DNA of 64,000 bases from Azolla caroliniana (lineage: Eukaryota; Plantae; Polypodiophyta), in NCBI GenBank assembly GCA_043228905.1, contig JBHGNT010000020.1, forward strand, positions 310,001-374,000, written 5' to 3'. The stretch's first letter is position 1. Each line of letters opens with the position of its first letter. The notes under the pieces were generated by a model. The model was not told the origin of the DNA. It saw nothing but the letters and a program-made list of their open reading frames with translations, and did no database searches. The position numbers and the translations under genes are program-made. This document shows positions 62,472-64,000 of this stretch, piece by piece.

Positions 62472-62899
62472 ATTAGCAGAGTGCAATATCTCCTTATAAT
62501 GTAGAATAACACTCATTATAAATAGAACCTTAATCAAATACTTTGGTTGTTTTGGCAATACAAAATCCTAGTAATTTTGGTTTAAACCAACTTTAGTAGT
62601 TTTTGACATAAAACGTTATTTGGTCTAATAGGTCATATTTGACCTCCAAAGATGATAATAGAATCTATGTATCTATCTAATGAAAAACACATAATTGTAT
62701 TAATAAATGTTTGTAAAAAATACTGCTTATAATGGGTGTCACAATGGAGTATCATCATCCACTAACTACATGGGTAGTGGAACATATTGAATTGCCAATA
62801 TGCAATGCGAACACTCCATTGAGGAAAGAATTTCCACTTGCTCTAATAAAGAAAATTACAACGTTAGCTCTCCCGTCAACTTTCATAGATATGTTTTGA

Positions 62900-63178
62900 C
62901 TCCATGCCTACCATCAAATACAAAAGCATTACACATATCCCAATTATGAAGCAATCCATAATACATCAAAAATAAGAAAATGATCTCCATCTTTGATTTT
63001 GGGTCAATGTAAATTGTGCACACCCACTATCTAGCCGACAAATAACATTGTGATAAAACTTACCAATTTTGAGAAATGTAACTCCAAATATGAGAAGCAA
63101 TCAGACATTGTATAAAATAGTGAGTATTATCTTCCATTTGAATAGTGCAAAAGAAGTAATTGCTTGTTCCTAGTCTAC

Positions 63179-63181
<3 letters not shown>
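62900..63181 (-). mobile_element. 5'-truncated LINE 3' fragment (zf-RVT) starting at a (GA)n tract
   Basis: RRLGTSNYFFCTIQMEDNTHYFIQCLIASHIW resembles RRGLGSDTCFFCTVLVEDSTHRFIKCPIVCTIS at ~46520-46620. It abuts (CT)n at 63180-63222. Confidence 0.75.
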
Positions 63182-63222
<41 letters not shown>

Positions 63223-63227
<5 letters not shown>

Positions 63228-64000
63228 GGGAGAAAAATCCAAGACAAAGAAGAGAACAAGGAGGGGTGACATGTTTGATTAAGAAGGAAATAGAGAAATA
63301 TGTGTCAATCATAAAAACGATGAACATAAATGTTATATATGGCCCAAAATAGAAACACCTAATGATTTGCCCACTTTTGTAGTTGGATGTTACATTCCTC
63401 ATCAAGATTCTAATTTTATGCTTGTTTGGATAAAGATTAACCTTTTGCCAATCTAGATGATGATATTTTGCTTATTTCAAATCCAAAGGGGAAGTTATTG
63501 TCTTTGGCGACATGAATGCTCGTATAAGAAGTTTCCAACTTGATGCACAAGAATCTTTCATGCTACATATCTCAAGGATACAAGAGGACATGCAAATGTA
63601 TAGTCGTTATTCTCACGATGAAAAAAATCTAGACCAATTTGGGAAGTTACTCCTACAAATGTGTAATAGTACCGGATTGCTTATTGCAAATGGTATTTCC
63701 TTATGGCCCAACACCAATGATTTTACATGTAGAAAACACAATGGAAATAGTGTGATTGACGATGTGCTACTTTCCAAAGGTATTTTGGATCGTATCTCAC
63801 TTGGTGAATGGACAGCAGAATCCAATCATAGGCCTTTATGTATTGATCTCAAATGTATGCATAAGTTTGATTGTGAGAAATCTATTGAAGATAATAAATA
63901 ACCGCACTTGAGCATGAACCTTAAGCGAGCGCCCATGTATTCCAATATGGTTGAGGATATGTTACAAATGACAAAGATACAATATGGTGCCAAAATAGAA
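63223..64000 (+). mobile_element. Decayed LINE apurinic-like endonuclease domain of a different family, truncated by the window edge
   Basis: GGVTCLIKK, GCYIPH, VFGDMNAR, NGNSVIDDVLLS, ESNHRPL. Confidence 0.8.

Overview
Eukaryotic, land-plant nuclear DNA. It is repeat-rich, and the element and gene content suggests a large-genome plant such as a fern (inference only). Three host genes are recognisable: a spliced HOTHEAD-like GMC oxidoreductase (+), a five-exon fructokinase-like FLN gene (-) and an intronless ATL-type RING-H2 gene (+). They sit among decayed Gypsy and Copia LTR retrotransposons, one structurally complete Copia element (both LTRs, PBS, PPT, 5-bp TSD), LINEs, AACCG-rich MITEs and tRNA-Gly-derived repeats. 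The standout is an 8.55-kb DNA transposon (37816-46368; 37-bp TIRs, TAAA TSD) inserted into ORF2 of a LINE that itself sits in a (GA)n microsatellite. It encodes a Sola1-like DDD transposase with a possible BAH-like C-terminus. Divergently it encodes an intron-containing gene fusing a ParB/Srx-like domain to a prokaryote-type beta-class N6-adenine/N4-cytosine DNA methyltransferase. An array of about 10 long palindromes (CCGATGCA-N-TGCATCGG core) lies between the two genes. This copy is mutationally decayed. All domain calls come from motif reading by eye, not database searches.
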